In this document: in pieces, positions 13,692 to 24,146 of the stretch
How positions within the stretch are numbered: the stretch's first letter is position 1
Layout of the letters: each line of letters begins with the position of its first letter
Source: Ureaplasma parvum serovar 3 str. ATCC 27815
GTDB taxonomy: Bacteria > Bacillota_I > Bacilli_A > Mycoplasmatales > Mycoplasmoidaceae
DNA: 32,000 bases
Reading direction: 5' to 3'
NCBI RefSeq assembly: GCF_000019345.1
Contig: NC_010503.1
Coordinates: 600,001-632,000, forward strand
Translations under genes and position numbers: made by a program
Notes under the pieces: generated by a model
Databases searched by the model: none
What the model saw: the letters and a program-made list of their open reading frames with translations, nothing else
What the model was told of the DNA's origin: nothing

Positions 13692-15383
13692 ATGTCTTTA
13701 ATTTATCTTCTAATAGGTTTTATTTTATTATTTTTACTTATTTACTCTACTTTTGCATTATTGGACATTTGAACACTTAGAAAATATAACACATTCCGTC
13801 AAAATTTTTTTAATTTTGATCAATTAGTCAATACAAAATTTAATGATATTTATACTCATACAGATAATATCTATGCACGTACAAGTAAACAAAAAATAAC
13901 AATTATTAATAAATACCTAATTGCAATTAATAATGAATTAGATTTTCATAAAAAAAGTCTAATTAAATTACAAGATTATCTTGAAAATCATAAATTATTC
14001 TCTTATTTATCACTTATTAAGTTTATTAAAGCAAATGAAATTAAAATTAAAAATAATGTAGATGAATTTGTAGATTTAATTCAATCTTTTTGAAATGATT
14101 TTATTATTATTGATCAACAAGAAAGAAAAATTGAAGATACCCATAAGAAATTAGATTTAATGTATAAAGATCTTATAAGTAAATATAGTATTCCAAATTT
14201 AAATTATCAAAAAGCAATTAATTGAACTACTGATTCATTTAATAATTTAATTGAAACTAAAATTAGTATGAATTATTCAAAGTATAATTATTTTTTAGTT
14301 CAATTAATTCATCGTATTAAAAATAAAGTTCATTTATTAAAAAATATCATTGTAGTTTTAAATTCAATCAAAATTATTGAAGAAGCTAATAAAAATAGCT
14401 TACAAAAAGTGCAAGAAATCACCTTTTTGACTGATGACAAAATTAAAGAATTAAGACAATTTAACCATGATTTTAATGATTTTATTAATAACCAATTAGC
14501 TGATTTTATTTATAATTCAAAATTTGTTAATTTAAATAACCTTTATTTAAATAGTTATTATCAACAAGCCTTAAATTGACTTAATATTAGTTCGCAAAAC
14601 AATATTGGTGGGGCTGTTTTTGATAAATATAAAAAACGTTTTTATGATGATTTTAGCTTCATTAATAGCACTATTATTAAAGTAAATAATATTTTAGAAA
14701 AAATAAAGAGCACTTCAAAAAACTATCAATTAAACCAATTAAACCAATTAATTTTAGACTTAGATCAAGCTAATCAAAAAATTATTAATTCTAAAATTGA
14801 TAAAAATGATATCAAACAAAATATTGATTTCATTATTTCAACACAATTATTCTATGATAATTTAAAAAATTTATTGTTTTATTTAAATGATTTAAATGTT
14901 AAGTTAGCAAATTGGAATCACCACTGAAATACACTAGTTAAAAAAACTATCACTATTTATAATAAAAAAATCGAACTTGAATCTTATATTAAAAACAAAG
15001 ATATATTTTTTAATTTATCTAATGAAATTTTTTTAGATGATTTCGAATATATTGAAAATATATTTCAAAAAATAAATGCTTCAAATAGTTTTGATCCCCA
15101 AATTTTAACCAATCATGAGTTAATTATTCACCAATTAAATTTAATTAATGAACGTTTTGATTATCTTATTGAATATATTAACCAAACCCAATTATGGATG
15201 CCAAAAATCTATGATTTGCTTTATAATAAAATAAATTATTATGGTATCAACTATGAATGAATAAAAAAAGAATTTCAAAATTTAAATTGAAACAATGTGC
15301 CTCAAGCATCTAAATTATTAAATGAATTTATTGATAATATTATTATTGCTGATCACGCTTTAAAACGTTTAAAATTTAATTAA
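13692..15383 (+). CDS. Membrane-anchored coiled-coil protein (563 aa), EzrA-like septation ring regulator candidate
   Basis: MSLIYLLIGFILLFLLILFYSTFALLDIWTLRKYN is a single N-terminal TM; the remainder is Lys/Asn/Gln-rich helical sequence read through several UGA codons. Size is close to B. subtilis EzrA and it neighbours rpsD, as ezrA does in many Firmicutes. Confidence 0.8.
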
Positions 15384-15390
15384 TAACAAA

Positions 15391-15415
15391 AAATACTAGC
15401 TTTAAGCTAGTATTT
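15391..15415. terminator. Putative bidirectional terminator between the EzrA-like gene and the tRNA cluster
   Basis: AAATACTAGC-TTTAA-GCTAGTATTTTT inverted repeat. Confidence 0.75.
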
Positions 15416-15430
15416 TTAATTTTATTTAAA

Positions 15431-15506
15431 TGGTGGTTTCGGACAGAATCGAACTGTCGACACACGGATCTTCAGTCCGTTGCTCTACCGACTGAGCTAC
15501 GAAACC
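15431..15506 (-). tRNA. tRNA-Phe (GAA)
   Basis: Complement GGTTTCGTAGCTCAGTCGGTAGAGCAACGGACTGAAGATCCGTGTGTCGACAGTTCGATTCTGTCCGAAACCACCA; cloverleaf folds by eye. Confidence 0.97.
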
Positions 15507-15507
15507 A

Positions 15508-15583
15508 TGGCGGTCCTGACGGGAGTCAAACCCGCGATCTCCTCTGTGACAGAGAGGCATGTTAATCACTACACCACAGAACC
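15508..15583 (-). tRNA. tRNA-Asp (GTC)
   Basis: Complement GGTTCTGTGGTGTAGTGATTAACATGCCTCTCTGTCACAGAGG...CAGGACCGCCA; anticodon loop CTGTCAC. Confidence 0.96.
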
Positions 15584-15585
15584 AT

Positions 15586-15662
15586 TGGTTGCGGGAGAGG
15601 GATTTGAACCCCCGACCTCCAGATTATGAGCCTGACGAGCTACCAAGCTGCTCTATCCCGCG
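15586..15662 (-). tRNA. Initiator tRNA-fMet (CAT)
   Basis: Complement CGCGGGATAGAGCAGCTTGGTAGCTCGTCAGGCTCATAATCTGG...CCCGCAACCA; C1:A72 mismatch typical of initiators. Confidence 0.95.
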
Positions 15663-15719
15663 ATAATAACTTTATAATGTTGTGTGTAAACATTGATAAA
15701 GTATTTTATATTTATATAA

Positions 15720-15812
15720 TGGCGGAGAAAGAGGGATTCGAACCCCCGCGCGACTTGCATCGCCTCTCAGTTTTCAAGACTGATCCCTTCAGCCGGACTT
15801 GGGTATTTCTCC
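15720..15812 (-). tRNA. tRNA-Ser (TGA)
   Basis: Complement GGAGAAATACCCAAGTCCGGCTGAAGGGATCAGTCTTGAAAACTGAGAGG...TTTCTCCGCCA; long variable arm. Confidence 0.96.
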
Positions 15813-15880
15813 ACAGTATATACTAAACTACAACCTTTTTATTATAACATAGTTTAGTACATTAATTTTATATATTTTAT

Positions 15881-15958
15881 TGGTGCTTCTAACAGGACTT
15901 GAACCTGTAACCAACCGATTATGAGTCGGGGGCTCTAACCAAATTGAGCTATAGAAGC
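15881..15958 (-). tRNA. tRNA with CAT anticodon, likely tRNA-Ile2 (lysidine-modified)
   Basis: Complement GCTTCTATAGCTCAATTTGGTTAGAGCCCCCGACTCATAATCGGTTGGTTACAGGTTCAAGTCCTGTTAGAAGCACCA; the anticodon arm and variable loop resemble bacterial Ile2 rather than elongator Met. Confidence 0.85.
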
Positions 15959-15960
15959 AA

Positions 15961-16037
15961 TGGTGGCTGGACAGAGATTTGAACTCTGAACCTCCCGGGT
16001 ATGAACCGAGCGCTCTAACCAGTTGAGCTATCCAGCC
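15961..16037 (-). tRNA. Elongator tRNA-Met (CAT)
   Basis: Complement GGCTGGATAGCTCAACTGGTTAGAGCGCTCGGTTCATACCCGGGAGG...CCAGCCACCA; the 'CGGTTCATACCCG' arm is typical of Gram-positive elongator Met. Confidence 0.93.
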
Positions 16038-16041
16038 AAAA

Positions 16042-16118
16042 TGGTCGGGAAGACAGGATTCGAACCTGCGACCCCTTGGTCCCAAACCAAGTGCACTACC
16101 AAGCTGTGCTACTTCCCG
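16042..16118 (-). tRNA. tRNA-Pro (TGG)
   Basis: Complement CGGGAAGTAGCACAGCTTGGTAGTGCACTTGGTTTGGGACCAAGGGG...CTTCCCGACCA. Confidence 0.97.
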
Positions 16119-16165
16119 AACGATTAAGATAATATTTCATAATACTATCTTTTTAAAAAATTTAA

Positions 16166-16242
16166 TGGCGCACCCTAAAGGAGTCGAACCCTTAACCTTC
16201 TGGTCCGTAGCCAGACGCTCTGTCCAATTGAGCTAAGGATGC
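16166..16242 (-). tRNA. tRNA-Arg (ACG)
   Basis: Complement GCATCCTTAGCTCAATTGGACAGAGCGTCTGGCTACGGACCAGAAGG...AGGGTGCGCCA. Confidence 0.96.
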
Positions 16243-16245
16243 ATA

Positions 16246-16320
16246 TGGAGGTGCCAGTCAGATTCGAACTGACGAATAAGGAGGTTGCAGCTCCTGACCT
16301 TACCACTTGGCTATGGCACC
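16246..16320 (-). tRNA. tRNA-Cys (GCA)
   Basis: Complement GGTGCCATAGCCAAGTGGTAAGGTCAGGAGCTGCAACCTCCTTATTCG...GGCACCTCCA; U73 discriminator. Confidence 0.95.
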
Positions 16321-16440
16321 AAGAATAAAATTAATTCTTTGGAACTAAACCTAATAAATTTTAAATTAATTTTGTGTTTTGAAATATTTAAAAACACATA
16401 TAAGATAATAACAAAATTAAACTTAAAAGTCAATCTTTTT

Positions 16441-17232
16441 TTATTTTTCATAAATTACAATAGGTGTAATATTAGTTGGAAAATTTGTTTCATCATCAAT
16501 TTCAACTAAACTAGCACAAAAAACATATTTTTCATCACTTGGTTCTAATATAAAACGTTTATTTGGATCACGAAATCGTTGAATAATACTACTTGGATTT
16601 GCCCCAATCACGCTATTAGCAGCACCACACATTCCTAAATCAGTTTGAAAAGCCGTATGATCGACAATTCTAGCATCATTTGTTGGAATATGTGTATGAG
16701 TACCATAAACTAAAGACAATTTACTTTTAAAATCTAAAAAAAGTGCATTTTTTTCACTTGTTGTTTCAGCATGAAAATCAACAATATGAATCGGTGCTTC
16801 ATTAAAAGCAATAATTTTATCTAAAGATTCAAAAGGATTTGTTTGTAAACCTTTCATATCAATAGAATTACCTAATAAATTAGTTACACGAATCATTTTT
16901 TTATTACAATAAAAAACTCGTGAACCAGAACCTACTAAGTGATACTGATGCGTATTAATAATATTATATGGACGAATAATATTTGTTTTGGTTGTTAGGA
17001 TTTCAAAAATATCAGGATGATCTCAAGTATGATTGCCCATAGTAATACAATCAATTCCATAACCTAATAATTCTTCATAATGTTTTCAACACAAACCGCG
17101 ACCATGTGTTGTATTCTCAGCATTAGCAATTACAAAATCAATTTGATACTCTTGTTTTAGCTTGGGCAATTCATTGGCCACTGCTTTTCTTCCTTGTTTT
17201 GAAAAAATATCTCCAATAGCTAAAATTTTCAT
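16441..17232 (-). CDS. YmdB-family metallophosphoesterase (263 aa)
   Basis: Complement reads MKILAIGDIFSKQGRKAV...FVIANAENTTHGRG...GIDCITMGNHTWDHPDI...VDFHAETTSEKNA...VYGTHTHIPTNDARI...TDLGMCGAANSVIG: all characteristic YmdB/TIGR00282-type motifs. The track ORF 16441-16896 is the C-terminal part. Confidence 0.93.
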
Positions 17233-17235
17233 TTT

Positions 17236-19467
17236 TTAACCTATTCTTCTTACGATTGTTTTATGATTAAAATTAATTTGTTTTGGTTGACGATATTTAC
17301 TGAAAGCAATTGTTAAGATATCACCATCAATTCCAATAATAACACCATCACCAAAACTTGTGTGAACAATTCTTTCACCAATTTCAAAATCGTTTTTCAT
17401 TGTTTGATAAAAATTATCTTCAACTTCTTTTTGTTTTTGTTTTGAATCGAACCATGAACGTTCTTCTTGTTGTTTTAAGAATGATTTTAATGGCATATCC
17501 TCTGGTTTATTATTTTTAAAACTACTATTTATAATCTTTAAATTATTAAAACCAATTTCATTAATAAAACGACTTTCAAATACTTGTCTTCTTGCTAATG
17601 GATCATAACAACAAGCAGATGAAATATAAAGATTTTTTTTTGCTCGTGTTAAGGCTACATAAGCAATTCTTCGTTCTTCTTCAACTCCTTTAATTGGATC
17701 ATCATTAATTGCTCGATCAGAAGGAAGAAGTCCTTCGTTCATACCAGCAACGAAAACGTTTTCATATTCTAGACCTTTAGAATTATGAACTGTCATTAAT
17801 AAAACATTTTCTTTACTATCTTTACCATCCTTATTCAAATATAAAGCAATCGAATTTAAATAATCATTAATCGTGTCATCTGGATGACGATCAACATACA
17901 TTTTCATAGCGCGTTTTAATTCATAAACATTATCGATTTTATCTTCTGCTTTTTCGTTTTCTAATAAATAAGCTTCATAGTTAACTTTTTTGTAAATTAA
18001 TTCTAAAATCTCATGAATTTTTAAATCTTCCATTTCATCACGGATTTCTTTAATTAAATTAACAAAATTTAAAATATTCTTTTTTTGTGTGTTATTTATT
18101 AAATGGTTTTTTTCAACTTCAGCTAATGCTTCAAATAAAAATAAATTATTATTTATTGCATAATGTTTAACATGTTCAAAAGTAGTTGGACCAATCGCAC
18201 GACGTGGTGTATTAATAATCCTTAAAAAAGATAGTTCATCTAAATCATTAACTACTTTTAAATAAGCAATCATGTCCTTAATTTCAGCACGTTCATAAAA
18301 CTTTTTACTGCCAAGAATTGTATAAGGAATGCTCTCGCGCATCATTGATTGTTCAATCGTACGAGAATAGTGATTGCTTCGGAACAAAACAGCGATTTGG
18401 TTAGCTGGCGTTCCTTCTTCTAACAATTCTCTAATTTTTCTAGCAATTCAATTAGCTTCATCAATTGGGTTTTGCCCTCGTAAATAAATTGGTAAATTAT
18501 TGTCATTAGTATTAAAAGCAGTTAAATTTTTTTTATAATTGTTGTTATTAGCATCGATTAATCTATTAGCTGTATTTAAAATTGGCTGAGTTGAACGATA
18601 ATTTGTTTTTAAAATTGTTACTTTTGTATTCTTAAAATTTTGACTAAAATTATTAATAATTCATTGTTCAGCACCTCTAAATGAATAAATCATTTGATCA
18701 GGGTCGCCAACCACAAATAAATTTTGATGTTTAGTTGCTAATAAACTAATTAAATCATATTGAATTTTATTAGTATCTTGAAATTCATCAACAAGAATAT
18801 AATCAAATTTATTTTGTCATTTTTCTAAAACTTCTGGAAACTCAATAAATAACTTATGAGTTAAATTGATCAAATCATCAAAATCAACATAATTTAATTT
18901 AAAACATCGATCACAATAAATCTTATAAATATCAACTAATCTTTGTGCATCATTTAAATCAACCAATTCTAAATACTTGTGATTTTTTTCATTTAGCATA
19001 TCGTTTTGATCAAAAAATTTATTTTTAACTTTACTAATCGTTTTAATTATTTTCTTAATAACTTGCGATTTTTTTTCAATGTTTAATTGATCAAAAATTT
19101 CTTTAAGCAAAACTTCTTGATCGTCTGTATCAATAATTTTAATATTGTTATGATAATTTAAATAATGAATATCTTGTTGTAAAATTTTTACACACATTGA
19201 ATGAAAAGTACTTAAATAAGGAATAGAAACGCCAATTGTTTTTCCAACACGTTCTTTCATTTCATCAGCAGCCTTATTAGTAAAAGTAAAACCTAAAATC
19301 CGTGATGGATGAATATTTTTTTCAGTAATTAAATAAGCAATACGTAAAGTTAAAACAGATGTTTTTCCTGTCCCTGCCCCTGCAATTACTAATTGCGGTC
19401 CTAAGTCTGCTGTAACTGCTTCTTTTTGTTCTTGATTTAAGCGTGAATAATCAATTCCTAATCCCAT
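17236..19467 (-). CDS. pcrA: UvrD/Rep-family DNA helicase, PcrA-like (743 aa)
   Basis: [39 protein letters not shown] (Walker A), [80 protein letters not shown]. Two track ORFs in one frame joined across UGA. Confidence 0.97.
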
Positions 19468-19491
19468 AAAAGCTTCTCCTTATTTTTCATT

Positions 19492-20313
19492 TTATATTTT
19501 ATCTAGTTCTTGAATTAAATTATCGATTTTTTGAATCTCAACTTCACGTTTTGTTTTATGTTTAGGCGCTTGTTTTGGTTTCTCATAATGCATCCATAAT
19601 AAAACAACTTTTGCTACTTGATCATGTAAAGCACGTTTTTTTGAATTCATAAACATGTGAATTACAATAATACAACTAACTAAACCCATAATTGAATATA
19701 GACTTTTAACTAAAATACTTAAAATAGCCATAGTTGTAGTATTGGTGAAATTATCATTAATTTTTAAAGATAAAATTGACTGCACATAAGCTTTTAAATC
19801 TTTAATTTGATGATAATACTCTTTTAGCTCAGTCTCATTCATAGCTTGAATTGATTTAAAACTTGCATCAGCAAAAACAAAACAAAATCCCATCGCTAAT
19901 AAATTAATTATGGTAAAAATTAATCAAGTTAATAAACTATGTTTAATTAAAGCAATAAATAAAATTTTTTTATCGTTTTGTTTTACTAAACTAATCATTC
20001 TAATCGAAAATGCTCATCGAAATAAAGTATAAGATTTACAAAATAAAGGAATAATAATGTAGTATGTAGAATAAACAAAAAAAGCAATTATTCCCATTAA
20101 GAATAAACGTCAAGGTTCAGGAGCAAGCTCATCATTATTAACAAAAATATCACTAATTTTAAAATTACTATTAATAAAAACTAATAAAGATAATAAAAAA
20201 GCAATAATGGAAATAAAAATATAATCTAAAACACTAGCGCTAGCACGCCTTAGTGCACCAACAACGGGATATTCGATCGTATTTTCTTGTTTTAATGTTG
20301 ACTTATCACTCAT
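19492..20313 (-). CDS. RDD-family integral membrane protein (273 aa)
   Basis: Start MSDKSTLKQENTIEYPVVGALRRASASVLDYIFISIIAFLLSLLVF (R..D pattern), several TM segments, LHDQVAKVVL near the C-terminus. ORFs 19492-19893 and 20110-20313 are in frame, linked by UGA codons. Confidence 0.8.
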
Positions 20314-21252
20314 TTAATTTAATCCCTGTTTTGATTTTAAATAATATTTTAAAATATTAATTTTAAACTTGCGAACATATAAATTATTCTCAAAATTAGC
20401 AAAATAAATCTCTAAATACTTTTTAGCATTTGATAAGGCATGACTAATAATCATTGTTCGTTCTTTAATTTGTTTTTTAGAATTAATATTAATTGTGTAT
20501 AATTCATAAATTTTTTTCAAAAAAGAATGAAAACAAATTCCCGTAATTCAATAACACAATTCGTCCTTATAAAGATCTAATAAATCATCATTACTAAATC
20601 TTATGTATAATTCATTAATTTGTTGTAGTAAATCATAAACATTATAACCAACCTCACCACTATTATTGCTAATGAAGTTAATATTTACATTTCTTCATGA
20701 ATTAAATTTGGTAAAAAGATCATAAATAAATAAAGCAGGGTATCATTTATCATTATAAAAAGCTAGTTTGTTTTTTCTAATAAAATCTAAAGCAATAATT
20801 TTATTAGAAACTGATTCTCATAATCCAACTAATATCTCTTTATTCAAACTATCAAAAACCAATGATGGATTTTGGTTAACATTATCATTTAAATTAAAAC
20901 TAATAACATCGTAATCTTTCTCTAAAACCGAAAACAACAATGAACTAGCATCTAAATTTAATTCAACATGACCTCCTAAATATCAAATGTATTTACCGTG
21001 AGCATATTTCGTTGCTAAATTATATGCATAAGCATTGCCTTGTGTTTCATTTAAATAAAAATATTTAATCTTAGCATTAGTATTTTCAATTAATGGTTTT
21101 AATGTTTTAAATAAATTATAATCACTAGCATCATCAATAATAATTAATTCAATATTTTTTTGATTTTGATTTAATAAATCTAAAAAATAATTAAAATTTT
21201 TTTTTAGATAATGAGTTGTCTTTGATAAATAAAAAGCAATTGTTAATAACAT
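20314..21252 (-). CDS. Family-2-like glycosyltransferase (312 aa), DXD motif apparently absent
   Basis: MLLTIAFYLSKTTHYLKKNFNYFLDLLNQNQKNIELIIIDDASDYN...NETQGNAYAYNLATKYAHGKYIWYLGGHVEL; GT-A nucleotide-binding start pattern. 20314-20520 is the same frame after UGA readthrough. Confidence 0.8.
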
Positions 21253-21338
21253 GATTTGACCTCATATCTTATTATTATACTATTATATAAAAATAAAACT
21301 AGAAGCAAAATAAAATGCTCTAGTTTTATTTTAATTAA

Positions 21339-21415
21339 TGGCGCACCCAAAGAGACTCGAACTCCTAACCCTATGCTTCGAAGGCATATATTCTAACCAA
21401 TTGAACTATGGGTGC
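21339..21415 (-). tRNA. tRNA-Arg (TCG)
   Basis: Complement GCACCCATAGTTCAATTGGTTAGAATATATGCCTTCGAAGCATAGGG...TGGGTGCGCCA. Confidence 0.95.
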
Positions 21416-21450
21416 ATTATTTTATATATTTTATATTATTTTAATAACAA

Positions 21451-21481
21451 AAAAAAAAAAATCTGCAACCATGCAGATTTT
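21451..21481 (-). terminator. Putative terminator downstream of tRNA-Arg(TCT)
   Basis: The minus strand reads AAATCTGCA-TGGT-TGCAGATTT followed by a T-run. Confidence 0.75.
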
Positions 21482-21491
21482 AGTGTATCAA

Positions 21492-21568
21492 TGGCGCACC
21501 TGAAGGGATTCGAACCCCAGACCGTACGCTTAGAAGGCGTATGCTCTATCCAACTGAGCTACAGGTGC
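21492..21568 (-). tRNA. tRNA-Arg (TCT)
   Basis: Complement GCACCTGTAGCTCAGTTGGATAGAGCATACGCCTTCTAAGCGTACGG...CAGGTGCGCCA. Confidence 0.97.
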
Positions 21569-21665
21569 AAATACAATTTATTATAACTTAAATCTTATTA
21601 AATTAATTAATTTAATTTTCATTTTTAATATTTTAATACTAATTATTTAGTGGAGGTATTAATTT

Positions 21666-21869
21666 ATGAACACAGAAAAAATAATACAAATTTTTTTATA
21701 TAAAACAAAATTATTCCGTATTCAATATTTATTTTTAGATGTTTGAGATGAAAAACAATACTTAAAAACTGAGGTAATTAAAGATTTGCAATTTATTAAT
21801 AAATGAAACATTAATAAAATTAAAAACTTACATTCTAATGAAAAAGAAGGTGATAAAAATGATCAATAA
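21666..21869 (+). CDS. Small protein (67 aa) of unknown function, first gene of the run ending in ACP
   Basis: ATG preceded by TGGAGGTATTAATTT (strong RBS). MNTEKIIQIFLYKTKLFRIQYLFLDVWDEKQYLKTEVIKDLQFINKWNINKIKNLHSNEKEGDKNDQ, two UGA-Trp. Overlaps the next gene by 11 bp. Confidence 0.65.
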
Positions 21870-23001
21870 TTCACCAAACATTAATTATTATTTACAAGAT
21901 AAAAAATATATTCCAAAATATGCTTACTATGTTAATAAAAAACAAAAACCTATCGAGCTATTTGCACGATATAAAGGACGTCCTGCTCTTTTTATTCGTG
22001 AAAATACCATGATTAATACTTCATTAAATTCAAATGTATTAAATTTAGACTTTGAATTTGAAGTTGCAGGAGATTTTAAATTACCTATTAATTACTTTTT
22101 TATGGATATAAAAAGTGATATAGGTGAATTTCGTAATTTAGAAGTTTATGAAACTAAACACTCTTTGTATGAAATCGGAGGAGTGATTTATGACTTATAC
22201 ACTTATAAAACCAATTTAAAAATTAATCTTAATCAAGCTGGTTTTGTTAATAAGAACACTTTAAGTAAAAAAATTAATTTTGCTTTTTTTCTTCGTATTA
22301 ATGATGATAAACGAATTCATGAACAAATTAATTATACATGTGAAAAAAGTTTGTTTTTTGAGGCAGTACAAAAAGAATTTCAAGATCTTAATTTTGATTA
22401 TTTTTACAAAAATACATTTTTATTAAATAAACACGAAAAAGTTAATCCTACTAATTTTTGAGAAACAATTCCATTATTTTGAATTCAAGATAAAGAACTT
22501 GATAATGAAATAAAAATCAAAAATAATAAGCGTTATATATTTAATACAAAATTTAGTTTAAATGATGATAATTCATGAAATAATCGTCCTACGAAAGAAA
22601 CGTTTGAATTGATTAAATACTCCTTAGAATACGTAAATTTAGCTAAAGAAAATAAAAAAATTGAATGAATTGAAGATTATCAAAATATTAATATTACATA
22701 TGATTATTACCAAAGACCTATTGATTTTTTATTAAAAATGAAAACAAAATTCTTGTATGATTTTAAAAACGATCAATTATCTATTAATAATAATTATGGT
22801 TTTAATGGTATTTGATTACCAAATAAACAAATAGCAAAATTAAAAATTACAGTTATTAATAATTATCTAACACCACAAAAATTTGTAATTAATCAATTAA
22901 TTAACATCGAAAATGATTTTAATTCTATCAATAAACAAAAAATTAGTGTACAGAAAGCAATAATTGAAAATTATGAAAATTTTAAATCACTTGAAAATTA
23001 A
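21859..23001 (+). CDS. Hypothetical protein (380 aa)
   Basis: The RBS AAGAAGGTGATAAAA favours ATG 21859 over 21838. MINNSPNINYYLQDKKYIPKYAYYVNKKQKPIELFARYKGRPALFIREN..., continues past UGA at 22459 with several UGA-Trp to TAA 22999-23001. Confidence 0.85.
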
Positions 23002-23833
23002 TTGGCGTAGTCATAAAATAAAGGTGATTGTTGGTGGAATTATTAGTTTATTAATTGTAATTACTGCTATTATTTTAGGTGTTATTCTATCAACTCAAAA
23101 TACAAATAAAATTAGTAAAAAAGAACCCTTAACTCAAATTGAAGATAATATTAATAATAAAAAACAAGATGCACATAAGGTTAATGAAAATATAACAATT
23201 ATTGATAAAAAAGGTGGTATAATCCATAAAAAGACAGACATTACAAAAATTAACCAAATAAATCAACAAAAAGAAATTTTAAAGGATTATTTAAAAAATA
23301 AAGAAGAAAAAAATAAGGATCAAATAAATAATACTAACGAAAATCTAAATAAACCAATAATTAATGTTAAAAATGTAGATGATAAAAACAAACAAGAAAA
23401 TTCAACTAAATTAAAAAATAATGATTTTATTTCTAATAATGATAAAAACAATAAAATCAACGAAAATAATAATATAAGTTATGAAGAAAAACCTTTTAAA
23501 CTAAAACGCTTCAATATTATTAATGTAATTGCGAAAAATAAAGATTTATACCAATTATTAGATTTCAAAACTTATTTTTCTAATGAAAACATTAATAATG
23601 ATATTAAATTTAATGAAAAGTTGTTTATTAAAAATATCTATGAAATAGTCAAATCTGCTATAAGTAGTTTTCAAGAATTTTGTAATATCATGCAGTATAT
23701 TAAAATTGATATCAAATATAAATTTAATAAAGATGCAAAAAACATAATTGTTATTGCTAATTGATTATTCGATAATTATAATATTAAAAATGAAACAAGA
23801 TATTATGAAGAGTTTGTTTTAAGTATTAATTAA
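22964..23833 (+). CDS. Hypothetical single-pass membrane protein (289 aa) with a Lys/Asn-rich linker
   Basis: MKIMKILNHLKINWRSHKIKVIVGGIISLLIVITAIILGVILS is a TM near the N-terminus; readthrough of UGA at 23762 to TAA 23831-23833. Overlaps the upstream gene by 38 bp. Confidence 0.82.
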
Positions 23834-23849
23834 AAGAAAGATTAATTAT

Positions 23850-24083
23850 ATGTCTATTAATATTAAAGATTTAATCATGAAAATCGCTAAGGAAAATAAA
23901 ATTGCTTTAAATATGGATAATTTAAATATCGAATTAAAATCATTAGGAATTGATTCGCTAAGTGCTATGAATTTAATAATGAAAATTGAGGATCAAATTG
24001 GCGTTCAATTGCCTGATGAAAAATTATTAAAAATCAAAAATTTACGTGATTTAATTAACGCGTTTGAAGATGTATTAAAATAA
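23850..24083 (+). CDS. acpP: Acyl carrier protein homologue (77 aa)
   Basis: MSINIKDLIMKIAKENKIALNMDNLNIELKSLGIDSLSAMNLIMKIEDQIGVQLPDEKLLKIKNLRDLINAFEDVLK; GIDSL phosphopantetheine attachment motif; AAAGAAAG RBS-like element upstream. Confidence 0.93.
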   Translation: MSINIKDLIMKIAKENKIALNMDNLNIELKSLGIDSLSAMNLIMKIEDQIGVQLPDEKLLKIKNLRDLINAFEDVLK

Positions 24084-24146
24084 TTTAAGTATTAATAAAA
24101 AATTTAGTATAATATTTAAATGTATGAATTTATTAATACATTTATT

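Noticed and set aside
15626-16085. ORFs 15626-15826 (+) and 15828-16085 (-)
   Set aside because: Both lie across the tRNA cluster; 'MAEKEGFEPPRDLHRLSVFKTDPFSR' and '[14 protein letters not shown]' are classic artefacts of translating tRNA genes.
16285-16509. ORF 16285-16509 (+)
   Set aside because: Begins in the tRNA-Cys region and ends antisense to the ymdB-like gene; no RBS and no recognisable domain.
21338-21586. ORF 21338-21586 (+), 'MAHPKRLELLTLCFEG...MAHLKGFEPQTVRLEG'
   Set aside because: It spans the two tRNA-Arg genes on the opposite strand, so it is a tRNA translation artefact.
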